A stretch of DNA of 64,000 nucleotides from a virus (Duplodnaviria; Heunggongvirae; Uroviricota; Caudoviricetes): the IMG/VR virus record IMGVR_UViG_3300028886_000029, positions 270,007 to 334,006 of that record; one strand, 5' to 3'. This document shows, piece by piece, positions 40,701-53,096 of the stretch. The notes beneath the pieces were generated by a model. The model did not search any database, was not told the DNA's origin, and saw nothing but the letters and a program-made list of their open reading frames with translations. Position numbers and translations under genes: made by a program. Numbering within the stretch: the first letter of the stretch is position 1; every line of letters starts with the position of its first letter.

Positions 40701-42344
40701 ATTGGTATTGTGATGATTTTGACGATGATTTATACGATGATAGTATTGACAGAGAATTTGAAGATGATTTGAGGGCTTGTTTTGACCCTAACTTATAATT
40801 AATATTTTTAATTTAATGCGATATGACAAGAGAAGAACAAATAGTTGAATACGCCAACTCATTTAAAGGTAAAGGAATTGAAAGCGATGAACTGAAAGAG
40901 GTTATCCGTCTTGCTATTATTGACGGTGCAAAATGGGCTGACGCACATCCCCAGGAACCTTCTCTTCCAGATAATCTTGATGAGGTGGTAGAAAAATATG
41001 CTAATACTCATTATGGAGAATTTTTTGAAGTGGAATACGATTTTGGCGAACCAATCGAAATTATAGTGGATGATAAATCGTTTGTGCGTGATGCTTTCAA
41101 AGCCGGTGCCAAGTGGATGGCTGAGCAAGGAGTGAGTACCATTGCCATTGTAAGTACTGAAAATGGAATCACGGAAGAAGGCATGAAACTAATAGGTGAT
41201 TATTTGGAGTCCTTACCGGACAAAACAGAAGTTGTCTTACAAATCAGAAAAAAAACATACAACAAATAACATTAATTTTTAAAATAATAAAATCATGAGA
41301 AAAAAATTCAGTTTCGAAAAAGAACTTTACAGAGGCACAATCAAACAACTGATGAAAGTCAAAAGCCTCAGGACAATCTCAATCTCCAATTATTTCAATT
41401 GGTTGGGCACAACCAATAACCTCTCACCTGTGTCAACATTGAAATATAACCTTCAGGACGGTTATCTCAATATGTTTGACTCCAATAATGTTAAACTTGA
41501 TGACGACACGGCGGCATCACTTTATGAGGATGTGTATAATGTCATCACCGACATATTCAAAAATGAATACGCAATCCCCTATAAGAAAAAAAGAAATATA
41601 CTGGTCAAAATAAACAGATAAATATTATGGATATAAAACTGCTAACAAAACTCAAGAAAAAGGCGATTCACAAATATAAAATCACCACTTATTATGATGA
41701 CCACTATAAATACATGATTGTAAAACGGGATATGTTCTTTGATTGGTTCCCCATGTATTTTCACCTGCATCAAAACCTCAATGACGCAGCCCAAGACCTC
41801 ACGCAAGTGAGAAGGAAATATATATGTGACCGCATCCAAAAACTTAAATTTCGTAAAACCAAAAAAAATACGGAACAACAAATAAAAATAATAAACTCAA
41901 ATTGGTAAAAATATCATGTGTCTATTTAATCCCACAAAAATTAACTTGAAACATGACATAACCACCTTTAAGGTTATGCTACAACATAAACATACCAAAA
42001 AACTCATCCCACCTTTTTATACTCTAAAAGACTTCACATATGTTCTGGGTGAAACCTCCTATGTCATGGATAAGGAACCAATTTTAAAACCAAACGGAAT
42101 AATGGAAGAAGGGATAATGTATTCTTGTCCAACAAAAAAATTGGCTTTAGAATATGCAACATTCATAAATGAATGCATCACTTATCGCATCAAATTCTGC
42201 TCCAGCTCCAGCATAAAAGATTATAATGTGGTTACCGTCAAATGCGTTATCCCCAAAACCACTGATTATTGCTACTATGACAACTCGTCACAAGAATACG
42301 GCTCACAAGCACTGAAACCAATAAGAATCATCAAAAAAATTTAA
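37729..42344 (+). other. cluster of about 15 small co-oriented hypothetical genes built from shared modules
   Basis: ORFs at 37729, 37979 (lipoprotein), 38212, 38614, 38957, 39334, 39572, 39813, 40118, 40532, 40823, 41295, 41627, 41916. Confidence 0.7.
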
Positions 42345-42348
42345 AACA

Positions 42349-42386
42349 AAAAACACCCACAAAGGTAAAAACCGTGGGTGTTTTTT
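42349..42386. terminator. bidirectional terminator
   Basis: AAAAACACCCAC...GTGGGTGTTTTT. Confidence 0.75.
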
Positions 42387-42414
42387 AATAAATTATCTAC
42401 CATTAATCCAATAT

Positions 42415-42933
42415 TTATTCATAACCACCTGAGGAATCGTCAAAACCTTTTTCATAGTATTCCTCTAACCAACAATAACCACCTGAACCGTTAAATCGTG
42501 TATACAACCTATACCTAATACTGCTGTTACCATTAACATATACAAGACCATTGTACTCTTTTATAAACAACGGACTGTACACTGATTTGTTAACGGAGTC
42601 AGGCGTTCCCTCAATGTAAACCTTATCACCTGTCTCCGAATCCGTCACGCCACTGACAAAAATCCTGCAAAACACGTTGTATATGCCAGGTGTGGTCATG
42701 GCTGACATCGGCGTTAGTGGTTGCAATACCTCCTCTGACGATGATGATTTTGCCGCATTTAACACATTGCCGCCACCACCACCACTTGGACTACTTGTGG
42801 GAAGGTTGGTGTCGGTGTTGTCAATATTGTATCTCTCACTGGTTTTACCACTTATGTTTGAACTACCATAAAAATAATATTTACGGTTGTAATTAATCAC
42901 ATTCCTCTTTATGTTGATTGCTGTATATCCCAT
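42415..42933 (-). CDS. hypothetical Ser/Gly-linker protein, possibly the 3' part of 42958..43842
   Basis: VINYNRK resembles the end of the LRR-family N-module. Confidence 0.5.
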   Translation of the reverse strand: MGYTAINIKRNVINYNRKYYFYGSSNISGKTSERYNIDNTDTNLPTSSPSGGGGGNVLNAAKSSSSEEVLQPLTPMSAMTTPGIYNVFCRIFVSGVTDSETGDKVYIEGTPDSVNKSVYSPLFIKEYNGLVYVNGNSSIRYRLYTRFNGSGGYCWLEEYYEKGFDDSSGGYE

Positions 42934-42957
42934 TCTCTTATCTCAATTTCTCCTATA

Positions 42958-43842
42958 TTATTTTGCTTCGTATTTTTTGGGGTCGTCAGACCCACCTTCA
43001 CTACTTCCCTCAGGTTCCAATTCACCCCATCTCATAGGAAACCTTGACATACTTAAGTAAGTACTGCCGTTCCTGTCAGCCCACCTGTGATAAATTGTCT
43101 CCGTCTCACCGTATATAGATGTACTACGCATAGGACCGATAATACCGCCACTACCACCACTGTTACTTGATGTCTTCACACGCTTGCTCCCCAAATATGT
43201 CAATACAACATTTTCATTACTGTCAGTCGCACCAGTGACAACCCTCTCAGTCACGTTCTTTGTCAAACTTACCCAAGGAGTGTAATATGATGACACCTCT
43301 ATCGGCTCCGCTGTCTCAGGAATAACAACCTCAAATAAACCATCACCAGGTATTGTGCTACTGTTTGTGTATAAAAAAGACGGTATTTCTTCAAAAAAAA
43401 GTGAACCAATGTACACATATAATATGTCTGTCTCATCTGTCATACAGACAAGTTTCGAAAAACCTAATGGAAGTACTTCTTCAACCTCCTTATATGCTTT
43501 TCCGTTAATAATAATGTTTTCCTCTTCTGTTTCCGCCGTCAAATTGTTCAACGGTTTCACGTTGGTTAATAAAATACCAACACCATTTTCCTGCAAAAAA
43601 GTATAGTACTCACCGTTACTATAAATATACTCTTTTGGCATCATACCTGGTTTAATCCAAGGTAATTCAATGTTATATTCCTCCAAAAACTCAAACCCAT
43701 ATAATGTGTCCCAGGTCTCACTTGTGTCACCGCTGCTCACAAGAACGTCAAAAACCGATGGCAACACAGCACTACTCGTGTCATTGTATGCCTTATCAAA
43801 TTCGGTCTTGCTACTGAAAGCATGTAAAAAATCCTTTATCAT
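42958..43842 (-). CDS. hypothetical protein with LRR-family N-module pieces but no LRRs
   Basis: DFLHAFSSKTEF and YYTPWVSLTKN. Confidence 0.6.
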   Translation of the reverse strand: MIKDFLHAFSSKTEFDKAYNDTSSAVLPSVFDVLVSSGDTSETWDTLYGFEFLEEYNIELPWIKPGMMPKEYIYSNGEYYTFLQENGVGILLTNVKPLNNLTAETEEENIIINGKAYKEVEEVLPLGFSKLVCMTDETDILYVYIGSLFFEEIPSFLYTNSSTIPGDGLFEVVIPETAEPIEVSSYYTPWVSLTKNVTERVVTGATDSNENVVLTYLGSKRVKTSSNSGGSGGIIGPMRSTSIYGETETIYHRWADRNGSTYLSMSRFPMRWGELEPEGSSEGGSDDPKKYEAK

Positions 43843-44038
43843 TCCCTATCTTTTCTTTTCTCTGAAGAACATAAAATAAATATCCTTCCCTTATTTTTCT
43901 ATAAATATAAACAATAAGGAAAAAAAACTTTCCAAAACACAAAAAAAAATAACTGGTTTTTCACCACTTATCAAGGTGAAATTCTCATTAAAAATAATGA
44001 AAATTTTTCTGGGAAAATTTTTCCAAAACCAATTTTTG

Positions 44039-44230
44039 TTTTAACAAGGGGGTGGTCCTGTGAAAATCTGAAATTTTCCGGAAAAAAAATTTTTGAAAAA
44101 ACCTACTTTTATTTTAACAAGGGGTGGTCCTGTGAAAATCTGAAATTTTCCGGAAAAAAATTTTTGAAAAAACCTACTTTTGTTTTAATAAGGGGTGGTC
44201 CCCTGAAAAAAGTCATTTTTCCGGAAAAAT
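44039..44230. repeat. about 72-bp direct repeats (two full, one partial); candidate origin iterons
   Basis: TTTTAACAAGGGGTGGTCCTGTGAAAATCTGAAATTTTCCGGAAAA... at 44039, 44112, 44183. Confidence 0.85.
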
Positions 44231-44596
44231 TAACGGAAGCAACTGTGCCGCCCATATTGTCATTTTGGCAGGGGGATGGGGATGGGAGGGGGTTTACAGT
44301 AGGGGTATGGGATACATGGGGATACCACAGCCATACATAGTACTATCCATCATCTTGCTCTTATCATAGTTAAAACGTTTTATTTTTAAAAGAAATATTT
44401 TTAATGATACTTTGTTCATAAAAAAGATAAAAGTGTTTTATAGGGGCTAAAAATAAAAATCTTAAAAATATGCGGTGTTATATACATTGTGGCACTGAAT
44501 ATGCAAGTAATGTATAAAGATAAAAAAAGTTGTGTATTTGGTGAAAGAAAAGTCCAATGTTATCGTATAAATAAGTGTAACAAAAAAAAATGTATT

Positions 44597-44821
44597 ATGA
44601 ACAAGACTTACACAAACAGAGAGATTGAAACTATTCTTATCCGTAACGGATTTGTTATTGTTAGGAACAATGGTGGACATTGTATATATATGAGGGACAA
44701 TGTAAGTATCAGTATTGTCATGGGTCATGATATGAATCCAATGATATGGAGGAGGTTATGTAAGGAAAACAATATTGATTGTAGGGTTTTAGACAAAAAA
44801 TATTGGAGAAAGGTGAAATAA
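44597..44821 (+). CDS. HicA-like mRNA interferase
   Basis: REIETILIRNGFVIVRNNGGHCIY...ISIVMGH pattern, 74 aa. Confidence 0.65.
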   Translation: MNKTYTNREIETILIRNGFVIVRNNGGHCIYMRDNVSISIVMGHDMNPMIWRRLCKENNIDCRVLDKKYWRKVK

Positions 44822-47280
44822 AACGGAAGTGGGGAAGTATAATATAGCAGATGTTTAACTTTTAAATTGTTTTGTTATGAAAGAGAGTTTGAGAAAAAAA
44901 TTTGAGAAAGAGGTTGAGGGAGTTATCAACTATTTGGTCAATGCCGACAAGTTAAGGGGAGAGATTTTGTCAGATAGTGAGGATTTGGTTTTGTATGACA
45001 AATGGCAGAATGTACTTGCCAAGGCTTATGACATTGTGGTGTCATTTGCTGATGAGCAAGGCATAGAGGTGGATTAGGAAAAAAATTTGTGGGGAAGTGA
45101 AGTTACGGCACGGATATTGCTTGTAGTGTAGATGTATGTTTTTAATTTAATTTAGTTATGGCAATTAGCATTGAAAAAATCGAAGAAATGAGTGATATGG
45201 CCTTAGTAGGTATAAGGAACATATCCGCACACGGGGTAGATACAATATGTAAAACAATAATAAATAGGTACAAGAAATGTGTTGACATGGATGAATATGT
45301 TGATACCGACATTAACGCGGAGCATGGTGTTCTTGATTTCGTGATGATACTGATTGCTTTCAAGTTAAAATACAAGGGTGTTACCGATAGTTTAGGTTTG
45401 TTGTCATACCATGGTGATATGCTCAACATAATGAACATGGTGTGTTTGATTATGATGTATGAGGAAAGAATGTAAAAAAGTTGTGTAAAAAGGTCAGTTT
45501 GGCATTGAATATGCAAGTAAAGTAAGTGTATTGTTTAATTTAAAAAATAGTTATTATGGAAAACAAGATTTACAACGCGTTGAACAACATCAAGGGTAAC
45601 ACTATTTTGGGTATCACTTATTTTAGTGACGTGCGTATGAACAAAGGTGGCAGGGCTTGCACCAATCCTTTGTGGGGACATAAAGTAGTAAGGGTTACTA
45701 CGACTGAATTTCAGTTCGGTAACATCTATGAGAATAGTGTCAATAATAGGTCGGAGAAAGAAAGTGGCGTGAGGGTGTTTGAGACGGAAGCACCTAAAGG
45801 AAAGGTATGGGAGAAGTTCCCTTATTTTCTCAAAAACCTTGACGGAAGTAAGACTTATGTTAGGTTTTACAAGATGCGTAATGTTAAAGGCAGCAGTTTC
45901 ATTCTTGTTGATGGTCATTTGGTGACCGAAGATGAAATGATGGTTATCAAGGAGTATGAGCAGAAAAAGACTTATACAAGTCAAAAGCAGAGTGAAGCTG
46001 GATTGACGGAGAATCAAGTTGAGGTAAGGGACATCAATATAGACAACATATTGAGGATTGTTCTGAAAGGTGATGAGATTGTCAACACAATTGCGGAGGA
46101 AACAATAAAAGTTGGGGCATAGACCCCAATTTTTTTGTTTTGTGGTTGATTTGGCATAGAATGTGCAAGTAATGTAAGTGTATGTTTTTAATATAAATTG
46201 TTATGGAAAAAATCGGATTAAGAAAATACAAGAGCGGTAATGGTTTCAAGCCTTGTGATAATTGGTATTATAGTTTAGAGGATGCTTTGGACTGTGTTGA
46301 CCATGGTATCGCCAAACTTAAGGCGCAGTATGACATGGAAGGCAGGTTAAAAATCAATATCATTTTTGATGATGATGAGGGTTATTACTATGCTTGCAGG
46401 ATTCCTAACATGACCACAAGGGAGTTTAACGAAAGATATGGTAAGGATTATATAGATAATTTTAACTTTTATTTGTAGTTTGGTATAGTCCTTGCAAGTA
46501 AAGTAAGTATTAATTTTAAATTGTTTTTATTATGTACATTCTTTTTGATAGTGTCGAACAAAGGAAGTCTATAATCAATAGGCTTGAATCAATGGGATTT
46601 GAAAAGTCAGAATTCAGTTGTTCTAATAATGAGGTTATTGGTGTCGGTACTTACTACAATCCACTATCTAATGAGAGAGTATATATATTTCTCAATAAGC
46701 CTATGGTGTTTATTGATGATGAACGTTTTTCTTGGGTGATGAAAAGGACAAAGGCTGAAACCGAAGAAGAGTTTTTCAATGGATTGGAAAAAATGATGAA
46801 TACAATGAACAAACAAGATGAATTGTTTGGTAGATATATGGCACATTAATTGCAAGTAATGTAAGTGTTGTTTAATTTTAAAATTGTTTTTATTATGGAG
46901 AAGTTTGTTCCGCAGAAAAAGAATGAGTTTGTTGGTGCCATCAAAAAGTATTTGATGGGTGGTTTTATTATTAGATATGATGGTATTGAAGAACATCCAT
47001 TGGAAATACTGACAAGGGATGGTGTTAAATTCCTTTCAACAATGGGAAACATTGGGAATGGTGTTGACAAAGGTTTTCTTCATAGTACCCTAAATTGTTC
47101 CCACAAAATTCTATTTCTTATAATAGATGAGTTGGAAAAAGAGTATTCAGTTAGAATAATTAGGTGTGGAAATAGTGGTTGTTGTCAATATGCAACTTAT
47201 GGTGTATATCTTGATTAGTTTGGCACGGTAATTGCTATTAATGTAGGTGTTGTTTAATATTAATCAAAACACAAAAGAAT

Positions 47281-47508
47281 ATGAACAGAAGAAATGATTG
47301 GCAATATCTTCTTAAAATCGCCAATGAGGATTTGGAAAAGAAAGGTTATTCTTTACATCTTGTCGAAGATGAGGATGGATATTATAGTTGTGAGGTTTGG
47401 AAAGATGGGGAGTTTATTGACATCTATGCGGAAAACTATTGGGATGATGAACTTTCTGAACTAATTACAGATGCTTGGCATCACGTTTGTAAATATTTGG
47501 CACGTTAA
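47281..47508 (+). CDS. hypothetical protein, paralog of 56021..56248
   Basis: NDW..LL..ANEDLEK.GY...YAENY..DEL..LITDAWHHV in both. Confidence 0.75.
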   Translation: MNRRNDWQYLLKIANEDLEKKGYSLHLVEDEDGYYSCEVWKDGEFIDIYAENYWDDELSELITDAWHHVCKYLAR

Positions 47509-48028
47509 TTGTAATAAGAATAGATGTTGTTTAACTTTTAAAATTTAATTATCATGAACGTTTTTCAGTACGGAGCAATTTGCGAAAAGAATTGGGAGCA
47601 GAATCTTGCTAACATGAGTGGATATGAAAGGAAATACACTTTTTATAGTGATTTTTCTATTGCGGAGTTTTGTGAGGTGTGGATGCGTGATAGGGGAGCT
47701 ATTGTAGATACTTTCAATAGGGTAATTGAAAGTTGGGGCAGTTCCATTGAAGCGATGAGTGAAATTGTTATGGTACTTAACCATAAGATATGGGCGTTTC
47801 ATGATGGCGTTGATAGCAGTTATCTGAAATGTAATGAGACCAATAGGGATAAGATTGCAAGGTTATATGATAAGTTATATCGTAAGGCAGAAAATTTTGT
47901 CTATGAAAAATTTGGTGAAGATAAGGACGCAATGAGGTATTATTATAGTGTAATTGATTAATTTGGCATATTTTGTGCATCTATTGTAAGCGTATAGTTT
48001 TAAGTTTAATTCAATAAAAAGTATTATT

Positions 48029-48508
48029 ATGAAGAAGTTTTTTAGATTTGTTTTTGTAACTTTGGTTACTATTGTATCAATGTATAATGTTTCTTTCGGA
48101 CAAGTATGGAAAAGTACTTATCACGAAGCAGATGAATTGAAAGATGAAGATGCTTATTATTCTAATCTTTTTGTTGACAATAAAGGTGATGCTTTTGTTA
48201 GTTGGAGTAATACTAATGATGTAAAAGTTGTTAGCAATCGTGGTATTTTTGATTATGACCGTTATAACTTTGTTAAAGGAATTGTTGGTTTTTATGAAAA
48301 TGGACAATTAATGGAAAAAGTTTCTGTAAATTTTTATGTTCCTAAAGGCGATGCTAATAATGCATATACAAGTGATATAATAGATAAAACTATTGGTAAA
48401 AAGATTATTACCCATCTTAAGACAAAAGGAAATGTTCGTATTATTCTCAGTAAGTATAGTGGTGCTGACTTTGACTTGATGATTCCTATGAATAAAGATA
48501 TTAAGTAA
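48029..48508 (+). CDS. secreted hypothetical protein
   Basis: Signal peptide MKKFFRFVFVTLVTIVSMYNVSFG-Q. Confidence 0.65.
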   Translation: MKKFFRFVFVTLVTIVSMYNVSFGQVWKSTYHEADELKDEDAYYSNLFVDNKGDAFVSWSNTNDVKVVSNRGIFDYDRYNFVKGIVGFYENGQLMEKVSVNFYVPKGDANNAYTSDIIDKTIGKKIITHLKTKGNVRIILSKYSGADFDLMIPMNKDIK

Positions 48509-49255
48509 TTAAAAATATTTCCTATTTTTTCGTGCCATTCCGTTTGGTTTGGCACGATTTTAGTTATAATTGTAATTGTATAATTTTTGACATTTGATAC
48601 ACCTGAAGAAAACCGAGTAGCCGTTTGTTTAATAAATAATAAGTAAAATATGGGAACAGATTTTCACGATTTGTTAAAAGAATTTAATATTAGTGATAAC
48701 ACTAAACTTGTACCAAAGTACAAATATTATATTTTACATATCAGTATGTCTTTTGATAATAGTTATGTAAATGATAAAGTGGAATTTTATAATTTTGATA
48801 AGGCAGAAATGGCTGAACATTATGCAGAATTATTAAAAAAAGCATTTAGTGAAAAATATAAAGATAGACATCCTTGTTTTTCTTATAGCATTCATAGACA
48901 AACTTTTAGTTTAGTCACTGAATAAAGGTGGTTTGGCATAGACCTTGCTTGTAATGTAGATGTATAATTTTAAAACATTGTGTTATGGCAAACAAGAGAG
49001 TATCGTTAATGAAAGTAGCTGAATACATTTGGAAGCATTATGGGGGGTGTACTATTAGTAGGCTGTACACCAGAAACAACAAGATTGTTTCCAAATGTTA
49101 TGTCGCTTGGTACACAAGTCCAATTATTTTCACAAGGGACAAAAAGAAAAGTGAAAATTTAGGTTATGTTTACATTGAGGTGTAGTTTGGCATAGACCTT
49201 GCTTGTAATGTAAATGTAATATTTAAAAATTGTTTAACTTTAAAAAATAGTTATT

Positions 49256-49804
49256 ATGGAAAAGGAGAAGCAATTGATTAGTCTTGGTACGATGAATGTT
49301 AAAGGTGATGTTTATATTACTGACCCTTGTTATAACACGGATACTTGGTGTATGGGTTTGATTGAAATGAAAAAGGGTGAGTACAATTGTTTTGCTCATT
49401 TGTTTGATTGTGGTATATGGGGTGAAAGGATTGGGATACTTGAAATTATCCTTAATAATGAGATTGGAACAAGTTTGAGGACTGACAATCTTGGTTTGAA
49501 TATTGGGGTTGATAGTGGTCAAGCAGGTTTTTTCAATAAAGACTATTATGAGAATTATCATCATAGTCACTTTATTGACGAAAATTCAGAGGATGAGAAA
49601 TGGTACAAAAGGGTGTGCGACATAACCTTAAGTGACGATAATTGTGGTGTTATTGATGATGAGGGTGTTGTATCTGAAAGTGGTTATGGTGATGGTTGTT
49701 ATGATGTTTATGGTTATTATAATGATAATGATGAATTGGTTGGTTTGAAGTTGGTATTTATATGGGAAGAAGATGAAGAAGAAAATGATGAGGATTATGA
49801 GTAA
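49256..49804 (+). CDS. DUF4241-like protein
   Basis: ITDPCY, GVDSGQAGFF, SGYGDGCYDVY. Confidence 0.6.
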   Translation: MEKEKQLISLGTMNVKGDVYITDPCYNTDTWCMGLIEMKKGEYNCFAHLFDCGIWGERIGILEIILNNEIGTSLRTDNLGLNIGVDSGQAGFFNKDYYENYHHSHFIDENSEDEKWYKRVCDITLSDDNCGVIDDEGVVSESGYGDGCYDVYGYYNDNDELVGLKLVFIWEEDEEENDEDYE

Positions 49805-50221
49805 TTTGGCATAGACCTTGCAAGTAATGTAAGTGTATATTTTGTTTAACTTTTAAATTTGTGTTAATTATGTATAACAAAGTCAAAGAAAATGTAAACA
49901 AATTGGTTTATGATTGGGTATTGGCTTGTGGTGAGAACGGTCATATATATCCAAATGCTTATGTTGATTTGGAATTGTTTGGGGCAATTATGCACACTTT
50001 GATAATTGAGTTGTATTGCATGAACGGCAGGGATATTACAGTTATAAGCAGAGTTGAGGGGAGGGACGATGATAGGGATACATTTACTGATTTTTCACTT
50101 AGTGAAATGTGTCGGATGGCGGATGCTTGCGGTTATCCCGATGATTAGGTAAGTTTCAGAACTAATTTCAATTTGAATTGTTCATACTTTCTTTAAATCT
50201 TAAATACTTTCTTTAAATTTT

Positions 50222-50257
50222 AAATGACGGATGTTGTGAAATATCTGTCATTTTTTA
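50222..50257 (+). terminator. intrinsic terminator, identical copy at 53035-53073
   Basis: AAATGACGGATGTT-GTGA-AATATCTGTCATTTTTT. Confidence 0.75.
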
Positions 50258-52646
50258 TTGTATGGTGTACATTATGGCACGGAATGTGCAAGTAATGTAG
50301 ATGTATATTTTGTTTAACTAAAATAGTTGATATTATGGCAAAGTTAAGAGGAATAACCAATTCTATGATGAGTGATGTCAAAGCCGATATTCACAAATAT
50401 GAGATGGCGACAACAAGTGATACAAAATACACTGACGCATATAAACTAATGAAAACTTATCCCGAAATAAGATACTGCAATTATTGGTCGGATGAAAGTA
50501 TGGCGAAAGGTAATGGCATGATGGATTATAGCATCACAATGGAAGATGCCATAAACGGAAAGGAAATTGAGGACAATGAGGTTCATATTAATCAAACCAA
50601 CAAAGACAAGATTAAGATGTGCGGTACATCTTATGAAGTTGGTAGTGTAAACAAAGTTGTTTATAATAAGAAAGAAAGATATATTAGGATATATTATTAT
50701 AACAAGTATAGGAAAAGAGGGGATATTGATTACCTATGTTGTTGGGGACAATATGACATGATTGGCGGTAAAATGAGTGATAGGATGAAAGCGGTTAATG
50801 ATAAGAATTTTTCTGATGCCGTTGACTATCTTTTGTCTTGTTTGGCATAGTCCTTGCAAGTAATGTAAATGTATTGTTTAACTTTATTTGTTTTGTTATG
50901 GAAAAGAAAGAAATGATTACAAAGTTGTACGAAGGTCTTAATGAGATTGAAGGTTTGTTCAGTTTCTTCCACGTCAAGACCTTCACCATCACTGTTGATA
51001 GCAGTAAATATGATGTGATGGAAATGTACGTTGATGTTGATGACGATGTGTGCGTGTCGTGTATCGGTTATCATTCGTTTAGGGTGTATCATTTTAAACT
51101 TAATGAGTTGAAAACAAATACAGTGAAAAAAATTTTTGAAATGTTTTCAGATGAGGCAAAACGCGGTGCGTATTTTGCAATAAGTGAGATTGTCAATAAA
51201 CTTGAAAAAGCGGGGGTGTAATTATGAATACTGATATTGTTGTTTGGGGAACGATGGCTAATGACATTGACAACTTTGAGTTTGTCAAGGTGGATAATGT
51301 TGGGTTGATAAGAACCTATACTTTCAATTACGGCAGATACATTGTTGAGGTTGATGTCTTTAAAAAGAACAATCACATGACTTGCTATCTATGGTTCAAT
51401 GGAAAAATAGTTTGTTCTTGTTTTTGTGATGTCGCTAAAAGATTGGGGACACTTTTGTTAAAAAAATATTGGAAAGAGCTTAAGAACGGCACGAATCTTG
51501 TTATATAGTGTAAGTGTTATTAACTTTAATTTTTTTGTGTTATGAAAGTTTATGTTGTTATAAAGTCTATGTTTAATGACATTAATGGTAGGTTGAGCAT
51601 TGTTAAGGGTATATATACCACAGAGGATAGTGGCAGACTTGCGATGCTTGAAATGTTTGACAAGGATAAAGCCGAATATCGAAAAACATATAACGACAAT
51701 GATGGTATCGTAGAAGAGGTTGGTGACACACGATGTAGGATTTATATAGAGTGTGACTATGATGAGATTTGGTACGATATGTGTGAGGTGGAAACTGACA
51801 AGGAGATAGAGATTATTTGTTAGTTTGGCATAGACCTTGCATATAATGTAAATGTAATATTTAAAAATTGTTTAACTTTAAAAAATAGTTGTTATGGAAA
51901 AGAAAGTTAAAAATGACATTGTTTGGTTTGACACTGAATGGTGTGATAGAGCTGATGAGACGATTCAACCCGTTTCAGTGAATGGCACACTGCTTTATGT
52001 GTTATTTGACAGACGTGGATATAATTATGTATTCTTAACAATATACAAATTGCATTTGTTTTTCAGTGGGATAGATAACACTTATATGTTCACTTGTGAC
52101 AATGAGGAAGAACTGAACAAATTTCTTTCTGAATTGTAAGAGAACGGCATAGTCTTTGTTTATAAGATAGTTGTATAACTTTTAATTTTATTTGTTATGA
52201 GAACTTATTTTATCAATTACCTTTATCCCCAAACGATTGGGAGTTTCATTGTAAAAGCCGAAGATGGCATTAAGGCAAGTGAAAAGATTAGTTCATATCT
52301 TAAAAGCAAGGGAGTTGATTTGAGTAATTCCAACTCCACAGTCTGTGAGATAAAAGACGGAAAAATAGAGTTCATTTAGATAGTTTGGCATTGTTCTTGC
52401 AAGTAATGTAGATGTTAGTTTAACTTTAAATTGTTTTTAGTTATGAAGAAGTTTTTTCAGATTAGTCTTTATTTTGACGATGGCACAAACATTGGTTGGA
52501 ATTGTCCTTCGGAACTTAACGATGAGTGTGTCTTTGAAACTTACGATGATGCCGTTGAATGGCTACGCGATAACGGCTACGATGAGGAAACCGCTGACAT
52601 CACTGAATGTCTCTTTGATGAGGATGAGATAAAGGATTTGACAATC

Positions 52647-52804
52647 ATGTAATATAAAGGGTGTGTGACATGGTAAAGATTAGAGATAAGCCTTAATAAT
52701 ATATAGATATTTGATATTATTTGTATGTAATATAAAGGGTGTGTGACATGGTAAAGATTAGAGATAAGCCTTAATAATATATAGATATTTGATATTATTT
52801 GTAT
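52647..52804. repeat. perfect 78-bp tandem duplication
   Basis: ATGTAATATAAAGGGTGTGTGACATGG...GATATTATTTGT at 52647 and 52725. Confidence 0.92.
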
Positions 52805-53080
52805 TGTTTAATTCATATAAAACGATAGGAAGCCCAAGCAATCGGCAGTTAATAGGCTAAACAATGGAATGGTTACAAAACTGCAAAGTTACTCATAGGT
52901 AACACAAAGGACATTAAGGAAATTAAAAAACCTTATATAACCAATAGGTTCGGTCAGCCTTGGTGATAGTCTTGTGACTTGGAAATTTTTATTAAGGGTT
53001 TTATTTAGAACTAGAACATATCAAAAATCTTTATAAATGACGGATGTTGTGAAATATCTGTCATTTTTTTTTTATATATG

Positions 53081-53096
53081 GTACTCATTTGAGTAC
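53081..53096. repeat. palindrome GTACTCA-TT-TGAGTAC (also at 58189, 62931, 63987)
   Basis: Four identical intergenic copies, the last truncated by the window end. Confidence 0.85.

Noticed and set aside
44039-44230. Mini CRISPR array
   Set aside because: Units are tandem near-identical repeats without unique spacers
45836-45850. Second target for the TnpB guide (CTTGACGGAA match)
   Set aside because: Only about 10 nt match and no adjacent TTAC
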